Positions 11,256 through 22,815 of a stretch of DNA of 64,000 bases are shown here, one piece after another; the first letter of the stretch is position 1; each line of letters begins with the position of its first letter. Source of the stretch: Hyphochytrium catenoides. Its lineage: Eukaryota > Protista > Hyphochytriomycota. Location of the stretch: the NCBI GenBank assembly GCA_900088475.1, contig FLMG01001771.1:1-64000 (forward strand), written 5' to 3'. A program made the translations under genes and the position numbers. The notes under the pieces were generated by a model, which saw only the letters and a program-made list of their open reading frames with translations, ran no database searches and was not told the origin of the DNA.

Positions 11256-13055
11256 ATGAAAGCAATGTGGTCAAGATTCACGCACACGCAGGTTCCCAAG
11301 GCTGGGAAGATGGACGTGGTCGCTGTCCAAACTACCCCACCACAAAGTTCTGTCGTAACTACCCCACCACAAAGTTCTGTCGTTATATACAGGAATAGCT
11401 TCGGATCCCTATTAGAGATGCCAGAGAAGGAGAAGAATGAGATAGAGGCCATAGAGACTGCCAAAAAGCTAGCCAGGCGCCGGGCAATTTTTACCATTGG
11501 AGTTTGTCTGATACTTGTCATTGTCATCGTGGTCATCGTTCTGCCCTTCATCGCGCTCAACAGAGTAAAAGGAGGAAAAGTTGCGTTTAGCTCTTTTGAG
11601 GTACTAAGCCAGACAGACAGAAGCCACTTCGTTATCCGAGCTACGGGAGCCTTTCGGACATCTGGACCAATCATGTTTGCAACTGGGCTTGTGTTATACG
11701 ATAACCTGGAAGTAGTGCATGAGGATGCACTTCTGGCCACTGTATCCAACATAAGCCCGCTCAAATTGCACGGGAAAGACAGTGATGGTAACTATCTCTT
11801 CAGAGACGTACAGGCTTCGGTGCTGGTAAGAAGGGAAGAGTTACGGCGCCTCCAACTATACTATCTCCCAGGTTTTAGGGGTTCAGTCAACAGGATTAAA
11901 GCTCCTTGTAAACCTTGCCTTTGGAATGCCTCTGGTCTCCATTGAATATCAATTCCTGGCCTTCTTTGCTTCTGCAATTCGCTTTGCACTTAGCCCCCGT
12001 CTTCTTGACACAGGTGGAAAGTGAGAAAGAACTTCTGAAGCTCGCCGAATCGGCCATAAACGGCACCAATGATAAGCCTCTAATAGTTCACTTTAGCGGA
12101 CAAGCAGATGTGAAAGCAATCATTAGCTTTAACGGCATTGCGGTGGACAACGAACTCCCAGTCGACAGCTCGTCTCCGGCTGTAATGGGTAAGTGCCGCT
12201 TTTCTCGTAGGTGCCGCTCCTTCTCGAGCTTTATTATGGACTGATACGCCTGCCCCTTTTCACTCCCTTTCTTCAGACCTGATGAGTAAGGTGATAACCA
12301 TGGGAAAGAGCAACCTGCCTCCTGAGTCAGGACCAACTCTACCTATAGCGGATAGCGACCATGGAGAGAGCAAAAACTCATCAGAAGTTATGGACCCTGC
12401 TGAGCTTCCTGAAGGTCGTAACTACAGTGTCTCTCTCTCTATGGCTTCATTCCCAAGTAGAGACCTAAGGATCGTCTCCGGCTGTCGTGGAGATGTGCAA
12501 AACGGTAATGGGCTGATGTATCTAGTCCTTCAAGAGAGGTGTAATGGCGCCAAAGCATCTTCTCGTGCGCGATTGAAGACGTTCTCCGCGAGTGCAAGTA
12601 TCAAGCTACCCGGAGAAGGCATGGATGCCACTGGCGTGGTAACAGCCTTCTATTCTACATCTGTCTACCCTGGGGTGAAGCCGACGGAGCCCCAAGATGA
12701 GATAGACTTCGAGTTTAGAGGATTCAACAGCTCCTCAGTCCAGACTAACTACTTTGTTAGGGGCCTCGGCAATCATGAAAGGCAGCATGATCTTGGTTTC
12801 GATGGGAGAGCAGACTTTCACACATATTCTATAGAGAATAACGGTCAGCGGATCCAGTGGTTCGTGGATGGCAAGCTTATACGCTCGGAAGAAGAGAGAC
12901 TGACTCATTCCCAGTACATTTCCTACTCGATCTGGGATGGTGGCAGTGTAAGTGCCTCCACTACGAAGTGGGCAGGAGGAAATGTAAACTATAAACAGCG
13001 GGGCGAGTTCAGCATGATACTCAGCGCTGCATCAATCGCCGGAACTACCGGCTAG
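11256..13055 (+). CDS. Type II membrane protein: TM helix + LEA_2/DUF3712-like domain + GH16 (EG16/XTH/lichenase-like) catalytic domain; 3 exons
   Basis: Basic stretch plus TM (RRRAIFTIGVCLILVIVIVVIVLPFIAL). Exons join at introns of about 11827-12013 and 12189-12277. GH16 motif QDEIDFEFRG (ExDxE at 12699-12713), VQTNYF, FHTYSIE, IQWFVDG, SIWDGG. Confidence 0.85.
11330..11383 (+). repeat. Perfect 27-bp in-frame duplication (TTPPQSSVV x2) in the GH16 protein N-terminal tail
   Basis: aactaccccaccacaaagttctgtcgt x2. Confidence 0.9.
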
Positions 13056-13203
13056 ACATTACTAGCAACCCTTCAAGAGGAGCGTGGATTATGACCAACT
13101 GGTTGTGAAAAGAAGACTTACACGGTGTCACCTTTAGGAGATGCCTTTCATCCGAACCAACGTCGGCATCAACACTCACCTATGTCTTGCAAAAATTGCT
13201 TCA

Positions 13204-15664
13204 TTACACTTTTGTCTCTACATGTAGAAGCTCTTTGAAGACATCATAGGCAGTCAGACTGATCCCTATGGCTATCGGGCCCTTGATCCAGTTCATGCTA
13301 AGGCCTTTGAAGAGGCCACGGCGGAAACCTTCTTCTTCTATCACTACCTTGGCAGTCTTTATCATCCCCATGTATTCTGCAGCGACAGCCGGTTCGCCCA
13401 TGCCAGGCTTTCTAACGCTGTGGGTCACATAACCAGCAGTCTGCTGCCGCCGCCGAATAACGTCCAATGGATAGGTGACAGATTGAGACACCAAACCAGA
13501 AATACCTCCACAGATAAGCTTCGCTATGGTTGGCAGCTTGAGGTAATGTAAAGAATCCTTATCGCCCTCCTTCGCAGAGTTGGCGGGAGGGAAGATAGCT
13601 TGACTGACAATTACATACTGCGAAAGTCCAGATCAAAGGAAGGTAGAGTTTTGTAAGGAGCGATCTATAAGTACACCCCCGGAGAGAAGATGGAATGGTA
13701 TCTATGACGACCACAGAGATGCGATGAAGAGATAGAAGTAGCGGTGACGGAGATGAACCTGAGGGAGACCAACCACAACGCCAAGAAAGCTGTGTATCTG
13801 AAGCGACAGAGCAAAAGGGTCTCAAGTGCCTACCTCCTTTTTAAGAAACTCATTAAGCGCAAAAGCAATACCTCCATAGAGGAAGACCCCGAGTACCGAG
13901 GGACCCATTCCTCGGAAAAGCGAGTTAAAGCCCTAGGTGACGGGTGGGCGTAAGCCTAAATTCTGTGTAGTGGAAGACTGTCGAAATAAACATACATCTT
14001 TCTCGATCATGTCCAGCGCAGAGCGGTAAAGAGATGTCTTTCTACCCGCCATTACAGCCAGCCTAGCCCTCATGACGTCCAAAGGATATGTGCAAGAGAC
14101 AGAGAGCACGCCCGCAAGGCCGCCAGCCAGAACCCTTGGTGAGCATATTCCAGATAAGGTGACAGAGGAAAACGGTAAGATAACTTTAGAGGTGGGGCTG
14201 GAGCCACATGATGCACTACCTCTGCACGTTCGTAAGTTCGTCCGGTCGTGAAGAGTGCCGATTGTATTCGAATAGTAGCCTTTTGAACTGATCATAACTG
14301 GCGTGCTGAATGCCGGCATAAGGGAGAATTCTATAGATGGCAAGACGGCAGAGGATTGTGCGGAAGAAGTTGAGAGGCAAGAGAAGCATTAGTCGCTAGG
14401 TGACCTTATACCTGTTGACGACCAGAGGGAAGGAAAGTGCCGCATTACCTAAGGACTGTTGGCAAATTCCCCCTCCATAAGGCTGTGACCCCATCACGTT
14501 GTACAATCGAACGCCCAATGATGAAAGCCTTCTTCAGAGAAAAGCGCTCTTTGGAAACCTTGGGAAAAACAAAAGAAGTTCAGTTGCAGTCTATCTTGCA
14601 TGGTATCCGCACTTTCTATTGCTATCTTCATGTGCAACCATCTACCGCCCTATGTCTCACGTACAGTCCATTTACCACCTACGGGCACATTTACCTGGAA
14701 TAGAATTTTCACGCGATCAAACGGGGCCACAGACGTCTTCGCGACCGCACCCGCCAAGCCGCCAGCGATAAGAGATTTGGAAATGATAAGGAGATCTGGA
14801 GACTTGTTCACACTCTAAACACATCAAATTAGCGTCTTCCCACAGTGAAACCAGGGTCGAGCAGGACGAAGGCAAAGATGAGAGAATACAAGGTGAATCC
14901 GATAGTCAGAACACTTATGCAGAGCCACCTAAGGAACATAATAAATCAGAAGAGCAAACACGCCACATATACGCAGCACAGCCTCAGGCGGAAACAAGAG
15001 CGATAGGACGGAACGAACGCTCGTGGCGCTGACATAGTAGCTTCTATGACCTGCCGCGTGTGAAGTACCCGACTCTCCTCTACGTCAATGTGCTGCTCAT
15101 TCAGCCAAGCCAGATAAACACTCTCTAGGGCCCTTGGTGCCACATCTCTAATAGCGAGAAGGAGGCTACAAAATTGTTCAAAGCTCAAGGGAGGATTTGG
15201 CTCGTGCATTAGGTGCTTGGCCTTCATATTATCCCATTGCTGATCTGTCAGTTGAGATGTACCCTCAGCTTGGTTGTTGAAAAAGCTCTGTACATCTGAG
15301 AACTTGACAGTGCCGTCATACTCAGCCAATAAATCGTCATAGAACTCTCTCATAATATTCTCAACCTAGAGGAGATTTGGGGAGGGCAAGCGCGTTATTA
15401 GTCTACCGACGTACATCAATTGCGTGCGAAAACAACAAAAGCTGGGAGAGCAAGGGCAATCAGTCATCATAGTCTCACCTCTTTGGTCATTTGGAACTGA
15501 GGGTTATAACGGTATCGTTCGTCGTATGTGCCATCGGGTGAGGGGACTCTGATGGCGCTAGCACCTTCAGCCGCTGCCGTCCTGGCACGCTTTGACGCTG
15601 AGGCAAGGGCTGTTTTAGCGCCAACCTCTGATCGGGAACTGCTTTCTGTATTCGGGATGGCCAT
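13204..15664 (-). CDS. Mitochondrial carrier, CoA-transporter (SLC25A42/Leu5)-like, with a degenerate EF-hand N-terminal domain; multi-exon
   Basis: Three carrier signatures PFDRVK, PLDVMR, PLDVIR; [23 protein letters not shown]; C-terminal [18 protein letters not shown] typical of SLC25A42. Two upstream exons splice on in frame (phase 0). Confidence 0.8.
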
Positions 15665-17127
15665 AGATCCTATAGAATGGCCGATGCAGAAGGGTTTGTG
15701 CTCAGAGTCGCCTTTTGGACTGATCACTTCCTGCGAGATCGATAAGGCATTCTAGTACCAGAAACTCAAGTCTCTGTAATGCTTATAAGAACGTCCAGAA
15801 TGCTGGAGTGGCCTCACAGCTAAACTCTATCTCAGGCTATCCTTAAAACCGGCACAATTTCAGCCACCTTCTCAGACATGGCAGGTTTAGGCAACCATAG
15901 GATCAGCAGGAGCAACGTTTCAAAGAGCCTGTTCTACTGGACTGTCCTCACTCCTGAGCTCTGACTCCTTTAATTACCACGAGTGGACTCAAAGAGAAGG
16001 AGAGTCTCTTTGGGGTCCCAGGTCTCGGTCCTATCGGCAACTGCTGAAGGTCTGGGGATGTGAATGATGTGGTCGAGACATCGAGCCTGGAGAGCAGATG
16101 ACGAGAGTTTGTTGAGACGCGAAGAAGGAAACTTGGACGTCAAAAAAACTCCCATCCCAGTACAACCTTCCCCTATCTCTGAAAGATATTGAAATCTTTC
16201 ATTCTGAAGACTCTGATTGAAACTATGAAAGGATTGTACCGTCTTTTAATTCCGCCGAGCGTTGAACGTTGTCAATGCTCGTTAATTTCATTTCAGCTTT
16301 TTTTGCCCACGATAACTTTGTGCATAGACTGTAAGAGGTAGATCTAAGTAAGGCCTTCTTTAGTTGAACAGCAGCAGCAGAGAAGCTAGGCAAAGCCAGC
16401 GATGTTGGCCTTTGCATCATCGCAGCTGGACGGCTTTTCAAAGAGAGCTTTACCATAACATCATCTCTGTCCAGTCGGATTAGCAGGTACTCCTTCATCT
16501 CTCTAGAGTATATCAGAGTACTCGTCTTTGAAAGCTATTGGCATTTGCATACTGACTCGATGATTAGAGAAGAAAACATGCTTCGTATTAATAAAGCTTG
16601 AGGCGCATCATTTGGGGTGTTGAGGTCTCCATGCATTGGACCTCGTGGTGTTCTTCTTCTTATTTGTTTGAACATCTTCCCCAGCCTGCTTCCTGGACCG
16701 AGATAGTGGTTTGCCTGCCTCTCCTGAGACTACCGCAAGCCTTTAGAGAAGGAGGATGAGAAAGCACATGCCCGGTAATCGCCTCGAGATCAACATAAAA
16801 TCGTACAGCAGAAAGAGGGGAGCAAATGCGTTGTTGTCGGGATCTGAAGGACACCTCTAAGAAGAAGGACTTCTTAGCTCAACGGTCACGGCAAGGTGAT
16901 GTCGCTCTAGTAGGTCATAGCCATTCCATTGGTCTAGTGTTAGAAGAAGACAACGTAACACTCGTTTCTATAACATGCTTGACGTCATAAAAGTGTGTAT
17001 GATAGGAAATAGATTATGTTAAGCCTCGAACCTGTTGCCTGGTAGCGCATAACGAAGTGCCTAGGCGTACCAAGTCTGGATCAATGAAGCCACGCCTGAC
17101 AAACCTCATCCCCACTTCACCGCTCGC

Positions 17128-18026
17128 TTAGCTCTGTCGAGACCCAGACTTTTGACAAACGTAAATGTAGTGTACGCTATTGGCGTCTTTCGCATCAGGA
17201 ACTGCTGCTGGGTTAACTGCAGGCTTCGGAACCGTTAGTGTGGTTACTGTCCAACCGTACTCATCATTCTCCAGGTGGTTCAAGCGTGTGTCTGGAACTC
17301 CGTAGGATACGACAAAGAAGACACCACCTGGCTTCAGTACCCGGGATACTTCCTGACACATCTTTGACACATTCGCAGTAGAATTTTCGCCGCATAGGAT
17401 GGAGTCCATTGTGCCCTGTCCGAGGTCTAGGATTCAGCATGCGTTGAAGTGTCGCAGATTCAACAAAACTGAGCTTACCTTGTCTACAACCGCATCAAAT
17501 GACTCGTCCGGAAACTCTAACTGACATACATTCATGACCTGCCAGATAAGACCTTGCTTATCTTTCAGCTTCTCTACCATGGCATCGATAACAGTTTTCG
17601 AGATGTCAATGTTGGTAATCCTCTTGTAGCCTGTCGCCCAAAGCAGGTCATAGCGCATTAGTGCACGTTCCGGTGAAGTTAGCCCGAAACCTTTTAACCG
17701 TACCATCATCCCACATATCTTCACTGAGACCTGTTGGGCAAGAGCTCCCCGTCAGTCAAGAGTCTCAGTCATTGCGGCGGGGAGAACAGGGTTGCTTACG
17801 TGAGTTTCCGCATCCAGACATAAGGATGGCGTCTTCCTTTTTGATATGCTGGCCGACGATGTCCTTTAGCCCAGAGTACCGCTGGTACCAGTCGAAAGGT
17901 TCAGGGTCGCTACGATACGAATGGGTTAGGGTGTTGTCAATAGAACAGTATGGGGTTAGAGGTGGGGTTAGAGGCTTACTTGGTATATCTCTCATCCCAA
18001 TAGGTAGCTTTCCCGTACTGTGCCAT
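17128..18026 (-). CDS. Class I SAM-dependent protein methyltransferase, EEF1AKMT4/METTL13-N-like; 5 exons
   Basis: MAQYGKATYWDERY..DPEPFDWYQRY, ILMSGCGNSRLSEDM, NIDIS, FDAVVDKGTMDSILCG, VSRVLKPGG, HYIYVC. Confidence 0.9.
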
Positions 18027-18934
18027 GGCAGCTAATCTAAACGTAACTCAGGATGGCGGTACTAGATCGGGTGCGGGTGGCCAGGTGGCTAACAGTGGCA
18101 CAGATGATGGTCTAAAGGTGCCACAGATGATGGTCTCCGTGGAGTCTGTCGCTATGGAATGATAGACTTCCAAGGTACGAGGTAGCGGCGAGTGTCGGCG
18201 CACTTGATGAACAAACCCAGTCTCAATTATTGCGAAAGAGGCGCGCAAAACAATGCCACATACCCCAACCTCCACAACCAGGTAGGGGTGACTCGTGCCG
18301 AGGTTGAGTACCAACATGAGGACACTGTAAGAAGCGCCTCACCCCAGGGAAAGAGTTGACCCCCAATTGCTGTTTTGAGATGTTTTCCTATTATTGACAG
18401 TGCGGTAGACTGTTTACTGTTTACACAGTGATTTGATGGGGCAAAGAGGAGTGTGGAAGAGTCACCGAAACATTGCCGAAACAGCAAGAAAGCTCGATAA
18501 AGATTACTGCAGTAATAATAACAGAGCCTCTCCAAACCCTAACCATAAACTCTACAGATCTGTTATAGTACTAGTATCGGCTGCTCTCTGTCTGGCGGAT
18601 GCAAAATGAGAGAGACTCTCTACCCTCTGTTCGGAGAGACAAGAAGCTTCATGGCAGCCTTTCTGGTCCTTGGTTTCCTCCTACTACGGTAGTTCCGTAA
18701 GTTCCAAGAGCTGTTCCAAGGTGGCTAGGCGCATGTGGCAGGCATCGCGCAGTGCTCTGCAGCAAGCGCTGCAAGTGAATAGGATGTACTAGTAAACCCC
18801 ACCAAGTGAAGTCTGAACGGGATACTTTCGGTCATCATCTACTTAGAGATGCAGCTCAGCTCAACAAAGGCGCAGTCTGTACTTGAGTGGCTTAAGTTTG
18901 CATTCCCTTTTTGGCGCGGTCTATTTATTGGTGC

Positions 18935-20113
18935 TTAGACCTTGTGAATGTTGAGGGTCATAAGTTGAATGCTTCTAGTGAGCTTAGATTTTGGGCCCCC
19001 GCTTGGCTTGAATGGCTTTCTGGATTCGTCCCCCTCGCTCTCTTCATCCTCAGCCGTCGGCGGCTGTTTCTCAGGTCCTTCCGGTGGCATCTCAGCCGGA
19101 AATGTGCTAAAGAAGCTACCAATGGAGTGGTCAGTTCCCAGAATTCCTGCAGTCAAAACATGACGTTCTGGCTTACCCTCTGCTAGCTCCACCTGGTTTA
19201 AATGGCTTTGCGTCTGTCTTACTGCTATTGTCCTCCTTATCATTATTGGGCTGTTTCGCTTCTTCGATCAATGAAGACTTGGGTGACCCTACTGGTGCTG
19301 TCTCGGGTCTTTTCTCGAGAGACGCGACTCTGCCACCACCCGGTCTGAAAGGTTTTCTCTCACCGACAAGCTCATGATGCCGTCGTCGCTCCTCCTGTGA
19401 TGAGGTCTGGTCGTTAGATGCATATAAAAGAGATCAGAGATTTGAAGATGTGAATGACCTTTTGACGTTCAAGGTTAGCCTCAAATGGCCCCGCGTTATA
19501 CTCGTACGGTTTCCCAAGGGTTGTACCGGTATATCCAAAGCCGCCCTTTTTCAGTGGAGCTGTAACAATGTTCTTCTTCTCCAAAGGATCAGTAATTTTC
19601 TGTAAGCGACCACGAGGTTTGTACATTCCGTCTTCCACGTGCTCATATGGCGTCTTTTGAAAGCTTCCGGCATAGTCGCCAGGAGTCGCACTAACGTGAT
19701 GACGGATACGTCGTCAGAAAAATTAGAAATGCTAGTCCTTTTACGCGGCCAGCATCTTACCTTGTTCTAGCCGGACTGGAGTATCTAAAGCCATTCGACG
19801 TGAGAAACTTATTGCGTCCCTCTAACCTATATTGAGCCTCGGCCTTGTTCATATCTAAGTAGGAACCCTAAGATGCCGACATCAGATAAGCGATTGACCA
19901 CATAACTAGAGACATTGATAAATCCACCTTAAGCGCTATAAACTGGCGTGAGCTCGATCCCCAGTTATCACCAGTTTGCCCTGTCTTGGGAACCGTCGTA
20001 ACCACATTCTTGAGTCCTGGCTTATGAATCTCAGATCCTTGATTGGGATCCTTGTACTCATCGCCAACGCCAAGGTAGGCCGGTTGGCTGAATGAACCGT
20101 CTAAGGTTGACAT
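18935..20113 (-). CDS. CFAP96: Cilia- and flagella-associated protein 96 (C4orf47/DUF4586-like); 5 exons
   Basis: FSQPAYLGVGDEY, GFRYSSP, KNIVTAPLKKGGFGYTGTTLG, repeated KPF[RK]PGG, terminal KSKLTRSI; all exons splice in frame. Confidence 0.8.
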
Positions 20114-22815
20114 GTTGGCACTTCAAGGCAATAGATGCGACCCCAAGTGTTGCAGTTTAGCGCTCAACTACCCCTGCTGCTCTATATCCACATTTTGACA
20201 GAAAGTGAGCCAAGTCACACCTCGTAATATGCACGTAACGTAGAAGCCAAGGACGATAGAGCCTGCCTGCTAACTTAGAAATACCTTACTTCAGACTGTT
20301 AGGCGCGACCATTCTTCCACGTCAATCAGTCCCAGAAACCCGAAAAATCTCTCTTGTTGGTCCCTTGTACAGAGCCAGCCATGTCAGACGAGAGCTTGTA
20401 AGGCTGATGCTAGCGCAGACCCATGTTACATCTGTGTGCAATAGTCCAGGCTCTAGCAACCTCTTCAGCCCCATCATCGAACCCCACTATGCTACACATC
20501 CGCAGCCCCCATCCCCCTCAGACGTCCCAGTGTGTCTCACAAGTTGTCTCACAGCTGTTTTTTGCAGCGGCGGGGGCTCTGTTAAGTTGGCTAGCTATAC
20601 TCACCAGCCACCAATTAGTGCTTGGACATGCAAGCTGTCAAAGCAGCGCTGTTCCATAGAACTACTACCTCATTACTAGGTCACCCAGCTGTCAGCCTTA
20701 GACTCAAGAAGATGCTGTAGAACTGTACAGGTGCATTAGGAGAGGCCTACAAGTACAGTATTGCTGCTTCCCAAACCAAAGAGGAGGACAGGACACAGCA
20801 ATCTCCGCATGGTGAGATGTAACCTCCGGAGGCTCGATAACTGAATCAGGACTTTAATGAAACCATTGTAAAGGTTATCACACACTCACAAACACACCAG
20901 AGAGCTCCCCCGGGAACGTTCCAGCCGCTACGTACAAGTACAACTCTTTGTCGCTACACAGGTTCTACAGCTGTACCAATAATTGTAGAACTACAGCACG
21001 AAAGAGCACATTGGAGTTCTGAAAGAGGGCATCATCTCACCCTCCACCCTCGGCCCCTGCACCCTGGGCTGCCAAGAGACCAGCACCTGGCCATGCTCTC
21101 TCCGGTCTCCGGTCACACAGGCAGGATCGAAAGCAAGCGTAGTACGGAGAAGGAATTTGACACTCATCAGTGAACTATTTACCTCCACTTATCAGTCATC
21201 GTCCGCCATACAGGTGCCGACCTCTCCATCCTTCCATCGAACTCCGCGTTCGATCGAACTCCACGGTCTCGTAAGGCACGGCGTGAGGACGAATAAGATA
21301 TGAGCTCTTTTACTGTTCGAAAGTCAAAGATCTCCTTGATGACACTACACTTAGCGAGTAGGAGACGGCCATGCTACCGCCACGCAGCTCAATCACATCT
21401 GATAGCTAGGCAAGCTAACAGCTCGTCTTCACTTCTAGTCCCACAACACAGCTACTAAATAGAGTCGTAGAGCACTAGATTCATCAAGAGAAGGTGACAT
21501 CGTCACGACCCTGTGTGTCTACGTAATTAGGCCACCGCGAAGGTCATCACCAACGCCGGTCTAGGTTGGCATCTACGGGATCAATTTTTCTTACAACGAA
21601 GGAAAAAGCTGTCATCATGCGAGCATTTGCACGAGATCGATTTGAAACATTGTTAACATGGTCTCCAGCTCTCATTATGGAGGCTGCATGCTATACAATC
21701 GTGGTTCACTTCATAGCATTTGGTCTCTTTTTCCGGAAGGTCGACCAAGCATCCCTGGCTTACGCGAAAGAACAAAATTCGTCTGCAGCAGTGAAGGATT
21801 ATTCCGCAGTGCCATTTGATAGTCGGTTTGGTGGATACACCGCTTAAATAAATAAAGGCAAGCACATAGGTGGAGGGTAAAACGTGTGCTGCGTGTGCCG
21901 CATCGTGCGTCACAGGCCCTTCAATGAATGCCTCTTGTTGGACTGAAAGAGCTTTCAAATCCAGAGACCTCCAGTCCCGGCTGAGAGGAGAACGTAGTAG
22001 CACTCAACCCAGTAGTACGGCACGGCAGATATTTGATACATGAGGTTGAGGCGCGGCGGTCCGCTTTCTTACATGATACTGGAGAGGAACAGAAGGTGGA
22101 TGACACAAGACTGTGAGACGCAACCTTAGGCCAAGATGGTGGTAGGTGCGTCGGTTAGAAAGTTGCTGCGGGCAAACATCCTAGCCGTCTCTCCTTCCCT
22201 TTGGTCTCTGGTCGTTGTCAGTTTGCGTGAAGGCACTAATTTTGCAGAGAGAAGCCCTGGGGAGGCCAATGAAAAAATCAAAAAAAAGAAAAGCAAGACA
22301 AACATCACACGTGATCCACCGTGTAAGTAATGAGTGCACCCACCAACTAGGTCACCTAGCTAAGCACGACCTTTATAGCTGACTAAAGATCACGTACTTG
22401 CTGAGGTGTTGGACTTAGAACGGCTGCAGCTTATGGTAGCGCGCCCACTGATGGGTGTTACCTTAACTGTACTCATTAGAATCCGTAGTATTGCTTCAAT
22501 TCATATGAAGCTTACTGTGCCATCAATTCTCAAATCATCCGTTAGGCCTAAGTTGGTTCTTGGCACTCAAGCTTATTTGTACCGTTGAGACTTAAGCAGC
22601 TTCAGTGAGGTCGCAATGCTTACACAGTCCCCTGGTAGCTGCTGAGGCCTCATCAGATGGAACAAAGTGGTGCTCTTCTACTTATGTGGTTATAAAATGC
22701 TGAAGATTATTTTTGCAGCTTCCAAACAAACCGTAGGATTCTATACCGCCGTAGCTCTCCCTTCGAGGCGTATGAGCCAAGACTAGCAATCGACTGCAGG
22801 AGGCAGGAGCACTAG

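Noticed and set aside
17950-17975. ggggttagagg x2 as a telomeric repeat
   Set aside because: Only a 12-bp duplication inside an intron.
21350-21850. GDIVTTLCVY, resembling the C-terminal domain of copper monooxygenases (DBH-like), plus a short hydrophobic ORF
   Set aside because: Needs several frameshifts and stops; metal-ligand motifs could not be recovered.
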